DNA of 64,000 bases from Antechinus flavipes. Taxonomy: Eukaryota. A program made the translations under genes and the position numbers. The stretch spans positions 203,670,001 through 203,734,000 of the forward strand of contig NC_067403.1 in the NCBI RefSeq assembly GCF_016432865.1, written 5' to 3'. Positions 39,101 through 51,660 of the stretch are shown here, in pieces. Within the stretch, counting starts at the first letter, position 1, and each line of letters begins with the position of its first letter. Below the pieces are notes generated by a model. That model did no database searches. It was not told where the DNA came from and worked only from the letters and a program-made list of their open reading frames with translations.

Positions 39101-40529
39101 TTTTAATTTTAATATTATTTAAATTATTTTAATAAATTCTGAAATATAAAATGGAAAAAATGCCTCATGAAGTGTTTCTTGATGCCTTTGAGCATAATGT
39201 AATATTAGCTCCACCAACATCTTATCTCTCCAAAACAAACAAACAAAATCTTTCAAAATCCTCTTCCTTTTAATTATACCTTCTTCATGTATTCTGGTTT
39301 GATTTATAGCAGAGATCCATGACATGATTTGTTGATCACTGAACAAGTATGCCATTACACTTAGAGTGATAATAACTAAGTTAATATTTATACACGGCAT
39401 CACAACTATGCCAGCTAAATATTCCCCTCAGTTTTCCAACATACTACTGAGTGGTTAACAGGGATGTTTTTATTTAATTCTATGGGCTTATGCCTACTTC
39501 AATGTGTTTCTCTAGTTAGCTGACAGTGAATTACTGCCCTAGTTCCATTTGTCCAAATAACATTAATGAGATTTTACAGAGAGATATTTACTCAGAAGAT
39601 ATAGCAAACATAGAAGTACCAGTATTCCCCACTGCCCAATCCTTATATGAGTAGCATATTCTCCTCTATACTATTCTAGTCTCTGTGGAGAATGGCTTCA
39701 GACTTATTAGTTTCTACATAACATTCTTTCCTACCAAGTTCACATCCAAATGTGGCACAGCAATTGGATGACTTTGAGAGTTGAAGATTGCTGAACAGTA
39801 TCTTGAAGTTCCTTCCTCAAAACCTGTATGCTATACTCACTACTCTACTCATGGACCTCCACATAGTTCATTCGCTCTCTTGATCTTTCCCTTCATCTGG
39901 AAAAAAATTTGTGAGAAGTAAGTTCAGTAAAGATGAGAGGGTGAGCTTGGCTACAATGCACGAAAATTTCAAGAGGAACAGAACAGTTAAGGTGGATGGG
40001 GTAGCATTTGAACAGCAACTAAAACTTCAACCATTTTGGCAGGGGTATCAGCCTGAGACTCTTGTCTGAGAAGACTAGTCATTGTTATCCTTACATTCAG
40101 TTCAAATGGTATTAATTCACTAGTTCTTCACCTCTATTTCCCTCAGTGGAAATGCTTGTGTTCATTCAAAAGTTTTCTTGTTTTATCCAATTTGTTTACA
40201 TTTTTCTTCAGTTAGCATTGCAATGTGTCATTAGTTAAAAGCATTACAACAATTTCTGGTTATTCTTGGGAATGGGATTCAAGAGACAGGGGCAGTAGCA
40301 GTCATCCAGAAAATATGATAGATAAATTTTATTATTGGAAAATTCTAGGATCAGACTATGGCACAGAACTATGAGATTAATTAGAGATCTACATTGTTTA
40401 AAGAAGGCAAAGAAGATTTTTATTCTATAATTTCCCCAGATGAGGTAAAAGTGTGAATCTAATTGTTGCCCTCTGGGCAAAAAGTGTTTCCAACAACAAT
40501 TTCTGTCTCCTGAAAGAATCACCAAGTTT

Positions 40530-43151
40530 TGTAGTGTTGTGGTTAGCTTTCTGAAGGTCTCAGGACCAGCCTTGGTTTTAGGTCATTAAAATAGTTTCTT
40601 GGGAGTCTGATTGGTATAGCACTAAATAAATAGATTAGTTTAGTTAGTATTGTCATCTTTATTATATTTGCTTGACCTATCCAAGAGCACTTAATATTTT
40701 TCCAGTTGGTTAGATCTGACTTTATTTGTGTTTTGCTTATATAGTTCCTGACTGTCCCTTGGCAGATAGATTCCCAAATATTTGATACTATTGGCAGGTA
40801 CTTTAAATGGAATTTCTCTTTGTACCTCTAACTATTGGATTTTGTTAGTGATATATAAAAATGCTGATGATTTACGTGGGTTTATTTTGTGTCCTGCAAC
40901 TTTGCTAAAGTTGTGGATTATTTCTAATAGCTTTTTAGTAGAATTTCTGGGGTTCTTTAAGTATACCATCATATCATCTGCAAAGAGTGATAATTTGGTT
41001 TCCTCATTACCTATTCTAAGTCCTTTAATCTCTTTCTCAACTCTTCTTGCCGAAGCTAACATTTCTAATACAATATTGAATATTGTTTGGCGACTTTGTT
41101 TCACTCCTGATCTTATTGGGAATGGTTCCAATTTATCCCCATTACATATGATGCTTACTGATGGTTTTAAAGAGATGCTACTGACTATTTTAAGGAAAAG
41201 TCCATTTATTTCTATACTATCAAGTATTTTTAATAGTAAACGATGTTGGATTTTATCAAATGCTTTTTCTGCAACCATTGAGATCATCATATACTTTTTG
41301 TTAATTTGGTTGTTGATATAGTCAATTATGCTAATAGTTTTCCTAATATTGAAGCAGCCCCACATTCCTGGTGTAAAGCCTACTTGGTCATGGTGTATTA
41401 TCCTGGGGATGATTTTCTGTAATCTTTTTGCTAATATTTTATTTAAGATTTTAGCATCAATATTCATTAGGGAGATTGGTCTATAATTTTCTTTCTCTGT
41501 TTTCAACTTACTTTGCTTAGGTATTGGTACCATGTCTGTATCATAAAAGGGATTTGGTAAAAGTCCCTTATTCCCTATTTTTTCAAATAATTTATATAAT
41601 ATTGGAATTAATTGTTCTCTAAATGTCTGGTAGAATTCACATGTAAATCCATCTGGTCCTGGGGATCTTTTCTTAGGGAGTTGATAAATACCTTCTTCTA
41701 TTTCTTTTTCTGAAATGGGATTATATAGGCAATTTACTTCTCTGTTAATCTGGGAGGCCGATATTTTTGAAGGTAGTCATCTATTTCACTTAGGTTATCA
41801 AATTTATTGGCATAAAGTTGGGCAAAGAAACTCCTAATTATTGCTCTAATTTCCTATTCATTAGTGGAAAGTTCTCGCTTTTCATTTTTAAGACTAACAA
41901 TTTGATTTTCCTCTTTTCTTTTTCTAATCAGATTTACCAAAAATTTATTTATTTTGCTGTTGTTTTTGTCATAAAACCAACTCTTAGTTTTATTTACTAA
42001 TTCAATAGTTTTTTACTTTCAATTTTATCAATTTCTCCTAATTTCAGAATTTCAAGTTTAGCATTTGATTGGGGGTTTTTAATTTACTCTTTTTCTAGCT
42101 TTTTAAGTTGCAAGTCCAATTCATTGATCTTTTTTCCTCTATTTTATTAGCCTCCAAAGATATAAAATTTCCCCTTATTACCACTTTGGCTACACAAATC
42201 TTGGTATGTTGTCTCATTGTTGTCATTCTCTTGGGTAAAATTATAAATTGTGTCTATAATTTGCTGTTTCACCCATTCATTCTTTAGGATGAGATTATTT
42301 AGTTTCCAATTACTTTTTGGTCTATTTACCCCTAGCTTTTTGTTGAATGTAGTTTTTATTGCATCATGATTTGAAAAGAATGCATTTACTCTTTCTGCCT
42401 TTCTACATTTAATTTTGAGGTCTTTGTGTCCTAATACATGGTCAATTTTTGTATGGGTTCCATGAACTGCTGAAAAGAAAGTGTACTCCTTTCTGTCTCC
42501 ATTCAGTTTTCTCCAAAGATCTATCATATATAACTTTTCTATTATTCTATTTACCTCTTTAATTTCTTTCTTATTTGTTTTGTGGTTTGATTTTGCTGTC
42601 TATTTCTTCTTGGAACTCTGTTAACTTCTCCTTTAGGAAGTTAGATGCTCTACTACTTGGTGCATATATCTTTAGTATTGATATTGCTTCATGTCTACGC
42701 TACCCTTTAACAAGATATAGTTTCCTTCCTTATCACTTTTAATTAGATCAATTTTTGCTTTTGCTTGTTTTGAGATAAGGATGGCTACCCCTCCAACCTT
42801 GGTTTTAGCAGAGTGATCACCACAAGAATAGTCAGGAATAAAGTCCAAATTCTTTATTATCTCCTTCAATCTCCCAGTCTGAACTAGTCTCTCCCAAAGT
42901 GCAGGAAGGCAGGAGAGTCACCATGATGATGGGAGATGGAATCTCTCTCCCAGTCCTCGTTGGCTCTTATATACTCTATTACAAGTACATCATTATAGGT
43001 GTCAATCTTGTAGAACTATATTAAGTACTAAGTACATGTAAAACTAGATAACCATTGTCTTATTAATTCCACTGAGTTAATACCTTATTATAGGACTAAG
43101 TCAATCATACGGGGCCTTAAGTATATTCCTACAAAGTTCCTGCCCTTTACA
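40530..43151 (-). mobile_element. Solo ERV LTR (about 395 bp) split by an L1 insertion (parts 40530-40581 and 42809-43151)
   Basis: The joined halves align with the LTR at 61206-61741 (tgtagtgttgtggttagctttctg...ccttggttttag|cagagtgatcaccacaagaatagtcagg...tctttattatctccttca). Ends in ctttaca; 6-bp TSD aagttt/aaattt. Confidence 0.82.
40582..42796 (-). mobile_element. L1 ORF2 internal fragment (endonuclease to post-RT), pseudogenised
   Basis: ORF track gives EN (GVAILIS...KEGNYILLKG; HTKIDHVLGH) and RT ([21 protein letters not shown]; LFADDM) pieces. Flanked by the direct repeat ccttggttttag; no 3'UTR or poly(A). Confidence 0.93.
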
Positions 43152-44639
43152 AAATTTCCATAGTAGGGCACTTTGTCTTTCCTGTTTTGCCCATGCTCAG
43201 AAAGATATGCCCCTCTCCATCAATGGTGGAGCCAAGGAGTGAAGACTAAAGAGAAAGTCTGATTTGATGATATATAGCAGGAAAAGACATAATGTCTACC
43301 TTGAAAAGGTGAAGGTGAGATAGGAATAAATTAAGAATCTTAATCCTTTATTTGTGATAGCCAGTCTTTATCCCAAGTGGTCAATTTTCTTTATACAACT
43401 TCTTTGTACTTAGCTAGGCAGATTCTCAAAATACAAATATGGTTTTTTTGTCAACAATATTTTTCAAGACTTTATGGCTTAAGAGAACTCTGGAAAGCTT
43501 GTGTTTCAATGGCTCATCCTTTAAGCACGCAGGAATCTCACAATGCTAAAATGAGGAATTTGAGTTGGATTTCCCGCACTGTTCATTCTCAAAGACCAAT
43601 GAACACAGGCAAGTGACTTGACTTATACATAAATTGGATTTATGTGAGGCAGAGCTGTGCTATTCATCAGCCTCATTCTGCCTTTCTTGCAGCTATGACC
43701 TGTTTATAAGTGAAAGGACAGTTAGATAAGGATGGGACTATATGATTTCAAAAGGTCAGAAGACCAAGATGCCAGAAGTTTGGATACCAGAGTCTTAGGA
43801 CAATCAATTCCAAGCCACCAAAATAGCACTCAGAAGAGACCAGAATCCTGGATTTCACAGTGAAGATGCCAGTTCTTACAAGCAAGGAAAAGACTATGAT
43901 TGACTATGCTACATTTAGAAGTGAAGTTGGTAGAGCCAATGCTTTATGAGCCACTTTCCCTAGGACTGATTTATAAAAGAAGAATAGGCTAATGATCTAC
44001 TGTCATTTGTTTCTAATTTTTAGTTACCTTTATCATCGCTACATATCTCTTTGTAAAGTTAATTGATGAAGAATGGTAAAATAATATTAGAAAAGTACAC
44101 ACTGTAATGAATTTGGGGAAATAGTAATTGTTCCTAGAAACTAATGTTAGGAAAAAATACTGAAATGGGGAGAGGAGTTCAAGACCATAGCATTAGGAAA
44201 AAAATTAACACAATCCCTTAGGGTTACACCTGGAACCATGAGAGCAGGAGCTTTGCTCTGTGGACTCTGACTGATTAGTGTTTATGTAAATTGAGTAAGT
44301 ACTCCAAGAGCCTATATTAACTTTACAATAAAATAAAGGGAAATTATGAAGAAAAAAGTGATAGAAAAACTAATACTAACAGATTTCAAATTATTATCTG
44401 ACGGAATTATGATCAGATTGTACAAAAAAGGTAATTATTTCCTAAATTATATCTTATTGAGTAAAGAGCAGAAAAGGTAGAAATATAGTACAGAATAGGC
44501 AATGCACAATTATAGTCAACATTAAATGTTAAAGTAGTGTTTGGGAAAAAAATAAAGATTATGAAACAATGGAAAAGATAATCATACTTCATAATATGTC
44601 ATGTCCACCATGCAAACTAATAGAAATTTAGACTGAATT

Positions 44640-44880
44640 GAGAAGCTTAGGATCCAGAATTAGGAAGCTAATATAGAATGCCATGTTCAGGCCTGGCCTT
44701 ATAATTTTAGTAAAACATTGAAAATCTGGAGAGCATTTAAAGGAGGATAGCCAAGTTGGTGGTCAGTCAACAAGTTTTAAGTGCTTACTATATATATATG
44801 CCTGGCTCTGAATTGTAACTTGGAATTCAAAGAAAAGCAAAAAACAGTTCCTATCTTCCAGGAACTCACATTCTATTGGG
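44640..44880. mobile_element. Ancient L3/CR1 plus L2 relic shared by the cassettes
   Basis: aaaatctggagagcat...gccaagttggt followed by cagtcaacaag...aagtgcttacta. Counterparts at about 890-1050, 31200-31430 and 56520-56790. Confidence 0.55.
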
Positions 44881-45909
44881 AGAAATATAGTGTCAACAAA
44901 TAGGTGCATACACATTATAGACAGAGTAGATGAAAAATCATCTTAGACAGGAAGATGCTTCTTGCAGAAAGTGAGTATTGAATTATCTTGGGGAAAGCCT
45001 GAGAAATTAAATGGAAAGGGTGAGGGAACACTCTAAAATAGCCAATGGAAGGACATAGAGGATGGGGTGTCATGGGTGGGGAAAGACAAATAGTCAATGT
45101 AGCTAAATAGGATACTGCAGGGATGGGATTAAAGTGTAGAACTGAAAAAGTAGGAAAGGGTCATGTGCAGATTTCTATTTTTTAAATAATTCTTTATTGA
45201 TATCTTTTTTTATGACTTAAATTTTTTTAGTATCTCTGCCTTTTCACCCCTCATGAAGAGCTGTCCCATAGGAAGATACAAGGAAAATCCTTGCCTGCAC
45301 CAAAATATTTATAACAATCACTTGTTGTAGAAAAAAACTGGTAACAAGGCAGATATTCAGTGCTTGAGGAAAGGCTAAACAAATTGTAGCATATGAAGAT
45401 AATAGAATATTATTCTGCTGTAAAAAGTAACAAATACTATTAATACAAAAAATAAAAAAGATTTAAGTGATTTGTTACAATGACAATAGCAGAACCAAGA
45501 ACATAATATATCCAGTGATTATAAAAAGGGAAATGGAAATAACCCCACTAAATCAATAGCTAATATTCAAAAAAGTAATTACAGATCCAAAGAACAATGA
45601 AAAGACATGCCTCCATAATTCTTTGCAGAGGTGGGAGATTCATGTTTCTGGAACATCACAGGTATCTTCAGACCTTTAAAATTAATCTTTTAATTCACAG
45701 ATTTGACCCACCAAACTGAAAATATACCTTTTCAAAAGCTGATTAATTTGTATCACTTAATCCTAATATATATATGATAACATATACTAATATATATGTT
45801 AACACACACCATATATATGTAAACATTATATTAAAAGACCATTTCATTTTTGTCCTTGTATCCTCAAACCTATCACAGTTCCTAAAACATTGTATATAGT
45901 AAATGATAT

Positions 45910-46863
45910 TTATTGAGTTGAATTCATGAAAAAAAGGTATTTCCTATTCATGAGTTTTTTCAGGGCCCCCTTTACTTCATTGTTCCTTAGACTGTAGATT
46001 AAAGGGTTCAACATTGGGATCATTACAATATAGAAAACAGACACCACTTTATTTTCATCTGTTGTGTAGCTAGACTTAGGCAGCACATAAATGAATGTAA
46101 TAGTACCATAAAACAGAGTGACTGCTGTGAGGTGGGAGGTACAAGTTGAGAAAGCTTTGGATCTCCCCTCAGAAGAATTTATCTTCAGGACAGAGAATAG
46201 GATGTATACATAAGAAATTATGATAATTAACACTGTGACCACAATTACTAACCCAGTAACCGCAGCTGGAAGAATTTCCACAATATTATCTTGGGAGTAG
46301 GAAAGTTTCACAAGTGGTGAATAATCACAGAAAAAGTGATTGATCTTGTTGGGTCCACAGAAAGACCGATTTAATAAGCAACCAGTAACAACACAAGTAT
46401 TTACACAGCCACCTAGATAGGATGTGATGAGTAACAGAGTGCAGACCCTAGTAGACATGTTGGTGAAGTAGAGTAGGGGTCTACAGATGGCCATATACCG
46501 ATCATAGGCCATCACAGCAAGCAGAAAGCACTCGGCCATCCCAAAAGTGCCTCCACAGAACATTTGGGCCACACAGCCTTCTAGAGGAATTGTTATTTTG
46601 TCCACAAGGAAGTTCTTGAGCATAACAGGTGTGACAGTTGAGGAATATGCAGTGTCTATAAAAGCCAAATGGCTGAGAAAAAGATACATTGGAGTGTGAA
46701 GTTGGGAGCTATTTCTGATCAATATGATTATGCTAAGATTACCGACTAATGTGACAGCATAGACACCCAGAAATATCACAAAGAGGATGACACGAAGAGT
46801 TGGATCATCAGTTAATCCCAAAATAATGAATTCAGTTACAGCAGTGCAGTTATTGCCAGACAT
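45910..46863 (-). CDS. Olfactory receptor (OR5P-like), copy 5 (OR-5), 317 aa
   Basis: Intact ORF with the canonical OR motifs. C-terminus is extended by a +1 T in the pre-stop T-run. Confidence 0.96.
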   Translation of the reverse strand: MSGNNCTAVTEFIILGLTDDPTLRVILFVIFLGVYAVTLVGNLSIIILIRNSSQLHTPMYLFLSHLAFIDTAYSSTVTPVMLKNFLVDKITIPLEGCVAQMFCGGTFGMAECFLLAVMAYDRYMAICRPLLYFTNMSTRVCTLLLITSYLGGCVNTCVVTGCLLNRSFCGPNKINHFFCDYSPLVKLSYSQDNIVEILPAAVTGLVIVVTVLIIIISYVYILFSVLKINSSEGRSKAFSTCTSHLTAVTLFYGTITFIYVLPKSSYTTDENKVVSVFYIVMIPMLNPLIYSLRNNEVKGALKKLMNRKYLFFMNSTQ

Positions 46864-49204
46864 CTGTCTTGGAAAGGGTGCCTATTAGGTAAAAGAAAAG
46901 GAGATTAAAATAAAACATAAGTTTAAGACTTAGATATATGTTTATTAACATATTTAGGAAACATTCACTGGCCACCTCTTATGTGCCCATTCTGCTATCT
47001 TACTCTCATTCTTTGCTCCTATGAATCATGGCAGAGTGCCCATAAAGAAAGCAGATATGAATATATTTGTTGCTTCCAAATTTTTCCCTGGATGATTTGC
47101 CAATTTTGCCGTTATGAGAACTTAAAAAAGACGAATGAAGAGATTGTTTAATCATATCATTAGAAACTTTCTTAATCTTATGTAGACACTATATCTAAAT
47201 GTGTTCTGTTAACTAATCACCATTGGCAATCCCCTCCAAAGAAATGAATCTATTCTGTTTCTTTATCTCTAACGGGACCACGTTCCACATTTGAAGATGT
47301 TATCTGCCTCATGCTAATTTACTACAAGTAAGGTCCTCATTTCCAAAATTGCCCTTATGTTCTAAAATCACAAGAGAGGAGGAAGGGGGAATCTCAATTC
47401 TGAGTTTTCTCACTGTACTTTTGCTCTTAGAACTTGACATTTCTGCAAAGAGCTATCATTAAGCTAGACATTGCTAGCCCTGAAAGACTATGAAAAATTT
47501 TGCATGGAAATGCTACTGTTTAGAAGTAAAATGATGGAAAATACTTGCTCAACCTGTTGTAACCATGTCCTGTTTATTGATTGTATCCTTCAATTGCAGA
47601 ACAGCTTGAGTCAAATTATGGTGTAGAAAAGTAGAGGCAATTTTATGTGCCATAAGAAGTGATGAATAACACTTCTTTGGAGTTACATGAAAACACTTTT
47701 AGTAACTAATGCAGAGTGAAATTAAGTAGAATAACAATTTATATCATGATCACAATAACCATGAGAAGGGAAAGCACTTTGAAAGATCTCAGAACTTAGA
47801 CTAAAAGAGTGAAAAATCATGCTATCATAAGAGTGATGAAGAACTATTATCTATCACTTCTTGGCAGAAAAGTGATACATTAGAGCTACAAAATGAGGCA
47901 TGGATTCTCAGACATGATGAATCTGTTGATTTGGTTTCCTTGAGTATACATGTCTCTTACAAGATATGAGTGGTGAGAGAAGCAACTAATTGGATAGTGA
48001 TAGACATGAGTAGATGAAAGGAACCAGAGCAAAATGTCTTCTTGATGCCCAAGAGAAAAAGGCAGTAATTTATATTTACATATGTTATGTATGTATTTAT
48101 AAATTTTACATTGCTTTTAAAGACCAGATTGTCTTGAAATGTTTATATTTATTAATGCTTGTTAAATTGTCTTAAATGTTACTTTTTCCTGAAATGTCCT
48201 TTTTATTCCCAACTCTAAACTAATTTTCTTCTCTTCTCAGTCCAGGAAAAAATGATATGAAATATTGAGAGAAGAATCTGACTATAACATATTTATGGCT
48301 CTATGTATAAACTCTTTTTGACCCCAAGAAAAATGAGTGCCCTTATTAAATAAAAATTGGTAATGTGATAAGGCAATTTTTTTTAGCACCTTCTCTTTCA
48401 TATTTCTCTCTCAAGAACACTTTGCAATCTACTTTTATGACAAAAGAAAGGCTGTCCCTGTGTGATCCCTTTCCTTTCTTCTATCATTCTATATTTCTCA
48501 ATATTATCCACTTTGGTCTTTGCTAAAATCTCTGAAAAAATGATAGTTCTTCTTTTCTCCAGGGTCAATTCCTTTATTTGTTTCATCGATCCCTATTTCA
48601 GCCTTAAGTTTCTCCCATTAAAATACTATCCTATAATCTTTAATCATTTTATCTATAGGTTTCTTCTCTTCTTCCTATAAATATGCTCAGATCTGTCCAA
48701 TCCTTTAAAACCTTTTATTTGACTCTGACATTCTTTCAAGTTATCAGACTATATCTCTTTTCTTTCCTTATCAGATCTCAGGACAAGATAGGGTTGGGGA
48801 GAATCTACCTCTGTTGAGTCTACTTCCTCTCCTTCTATGTACTTCTTAAAGGATTTTAATCTGATTTCTGACCCCATCACTCCACTAGAACTATTCTCTG
48901 AAAAGATACCAATGATTTCTAAATCATAATGTTTTTGTAATCTTCATTTAAATTCATAAAAGGTAAGGGTTGTTTCAGTCATTGTATTTGTATCATTAGT
49001 ACCTAGCAATGCAGCTAAAAATAGTAGGTGCTTAATAAATAATTGTTGATTGATTGTTCTTGGTCTCTTTATAGAACAGTTGGTCACTTCCTCTTCATAA
49101 ATAATTACTCATCATGAATTTTCATGATATTAATTCTCCTCCTCCTAGCATTCCTCCTATCTATCTGACTTTTCCTTCTCAGCTTCCTTAGCAATATGAT
49201 CCCT

Positions 49205-49478
49205 GTTGTTTTTGGTGGAGGTGATGTAGTTTAAGTGATATTTAACTCTTGTTTTAATGGTGTTGAGCTCATGACTCTATTTGAGTTTTCTTAGAAAGAT
49301 AGATACTGAAGTGATTTGCCATTTCTTTCTTCCATTTATTTTACAGATAAAGAAGCAAATGGGGTTAAGTGACTTCCCAGGATCATACACCTAGTGTCTA
49401 AGATCAGATTTGAACTCTGGAAGATGCATCTTTTTGACTCCAGGAATCCAAATCTATCCACAGTACAACCCAGTTGCT
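49205..49478 (-). mobile_element. Mar1-like SINE
   Basis: ttgccatttc...ttttacagataaagaagcaaatggggttaagtgacttcccaggatcatacacctagtgtctaagatcagatttgaactc. Confidence 0.75.
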
Positions 49479-50684
49479 CCATGACATCTTTACAAACCTC
49501 CTGATCCTACATATTCCCTCAACTTTCTCCTATGCTCTCTCCTCTTTTTCTATGCTTTTATAATGAGCTTATTAGCTTCTAGTGTCATTAATATCTTTAT
49601 TCAGATGAATCCCAAGTCTATTGATCCATAACTGAACTCCAATCCATACCTTACCAAATAGTTGGATATTTGTAGCTGGATGTCTCCAAGGCATTTCCAA
49701 ATTAGCAAATTCAAAATAGAAGTTATCTTAATCCCAACTTTTAATCTGGAACCATTTTTCTCCATAATGTTTATTATCACACTTTACTTCTAGATACCTG
49801 GTTTACAATCCTGGAATTAATCTATATTCTTCTCTTGGTCTTCTCTTTTCCATCCAGTCAATTGCCAAATCTTGCCACTTTTACATCGATAGCATATATG
49901 ACATTTCCTCTTGTGTCTACTTACACAACTATCTTTCTGATTCAGGTTTGCATCTTTTTTCACTTAAGACTATTGCAAGTCTCTAAATTAGAAGTCCAGT
50001 ATCTCCTTCCTTTAAACTCCTCTTAAAATCCACAAAATTGTCTTTCTAAAGCATATAGCTGACTATTTTGTTTGCACTCAAGTCTTGAAAGAGTTCTTTT
50101 TGTCTTGGGGACAAAATACAAATTTTCAGCTTAATATTTAGATTCCTGTCTAATCTAAATACAGTTTGCCTCTTCAGATTTATTTCACTTTATTCTTTGG
50201 CAAGTATTCCAGATTTCAACTTAAGTAGCCTCCTGCCTATTTCTTAGACCCAGAATTCTTCTTCTGTGTCTGTAGAATCAGGCAATACCCTAATTCATTT
50301 CTGCTTCTTAGAATCTCAAGCTTCCTTTGTGTCTCAGCTACTGAATCACCACTTACAAAAATCCTAGTTTCTAAAACTTTGATCCTCCTGAACTTTTCTT
50401 GTATTTACTTATATGAATAAATATTTTCTTCATCTCAATAGAATGTAAACTCCCTGAGTTTATGAACTATTTCTCATTTTTTCTTTGTAACTGCAGTATA
50501 TAGGACAGGGTTATGTGCATAGTGGACAAATCAAAATACAAATTGAATGAAAGGTAACCACTCACTTTTGAAAACCTGAAATCTCATTTATTTTGGCAAT
50601 ATAATCATAATAATCAGAAAACAAGAATACTAATAACTCTAAGTTGCAAGTCACTTTCTCTGTACAATTTTTGGAGGAAAATGT

Positions 50685-50815
50685 TATTATTCTTATTTTA
50701 CAGATGAAATAACTAAGGATCATAGAGTTGCAGCCACTTACCTGAAATCACACTCATAACGAGTAAGACCCAGTTATCTTTGCTATAAGTCCAATTCTTT
50801 TTCAATCACACCAAC
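50685..50815 (-). mobile_element. MIR-like CORE-SINE relic marking each cassette
   Basis: ttattattcttattttacagatgaaataactaagg...acttacctgaaatcacac. Homologs at about 1-60, 8610-8760, 19230-19390, 28170-28305, 37105-37235 and 63720-63845. Confidence 0.65.
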
Positions 50816-51660
50816 CAACAAATATATCAGTGAAATCCCCCAACCCCAATTCAAAAAGAGTATCATGAAACAAATGGACCTATGTATATACATACATCTT
50901 TACCTGTTTCTTACCTAACTATGTTCTTTCAGTTATTTAGTGTTTGTAGTGAGATTTCAGGATATATGAGATAACCTGTAGTAGATCAGAATTTACTTAC
51001 TAATATGCAGTAATAATGCTTCATGCATATACCTTATGCCTTTATATGACACTATAAGAGACTAGAAACATGAAAATCCAAATAAGGAATGAATATGAGA
51101 GGAAACAAAGAAACAGAGAGATACAGAATGGGGAGAGAGAGAGAGAGGGAAGAGAGAAAAAACAGAGACAGAGAGACAGAGACAGACAGACAGAGAAAAA
51201 GAAACAGACAGAGATGCTTTAAAGATTCATGTAAAATTGAAATCAGTCAACTATAGCAAGAGAATAGATAGACCCCCTTGAAATGAGCTAGAAATTTAAA
51301 AAATTATCATTAAATGGGTTTTTTTTTTACAGTCAAACCAAGAACAGCAATGGTACCTATTGATGCAAGATGATAATTTAGACTCCAAGGAATTACCTTT
51401 GCATGGCAGCATCATATTTATATTGAGTTGAGTAGCATTTGGGATATAAGCCCTTGAGCACCTTAACACCAAATGTTGCCTACATAATTAAAATGCCATT
51501 TGAAATCTTCTGGGATTGAGAAAATTACAAACATGCAGATGAGTTGTGTGAGAAGTTCTCTAAATTCTCAAAGGCCTTCATTTATTTTTCTTTGTTTATG
51601 TTTATCCAAGATTTTATAAAGTGAAAAATGACATAGCAAAGCTCTCAAAAATTGTTCTAG

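Noticed and set aside
39900-40060. Faint resemblance of a translated frame to small GTPase or RhoGAP motifs
   Set aside because: Too weak to support by eye, with no G-box motifs; kept only as an unassigned segment.
40782-41321. 179-aa plus-strand ORF
   Set aside because: Antisense shadow of the L1 RT region, with no independent protein features.
40832-42869. 233-, 126- and 65-aa minus-strand ORFs as host genes
   Set aside because: Frameshifted pieces of L1 ORF2 (RT and EN), reported as a mobile element.
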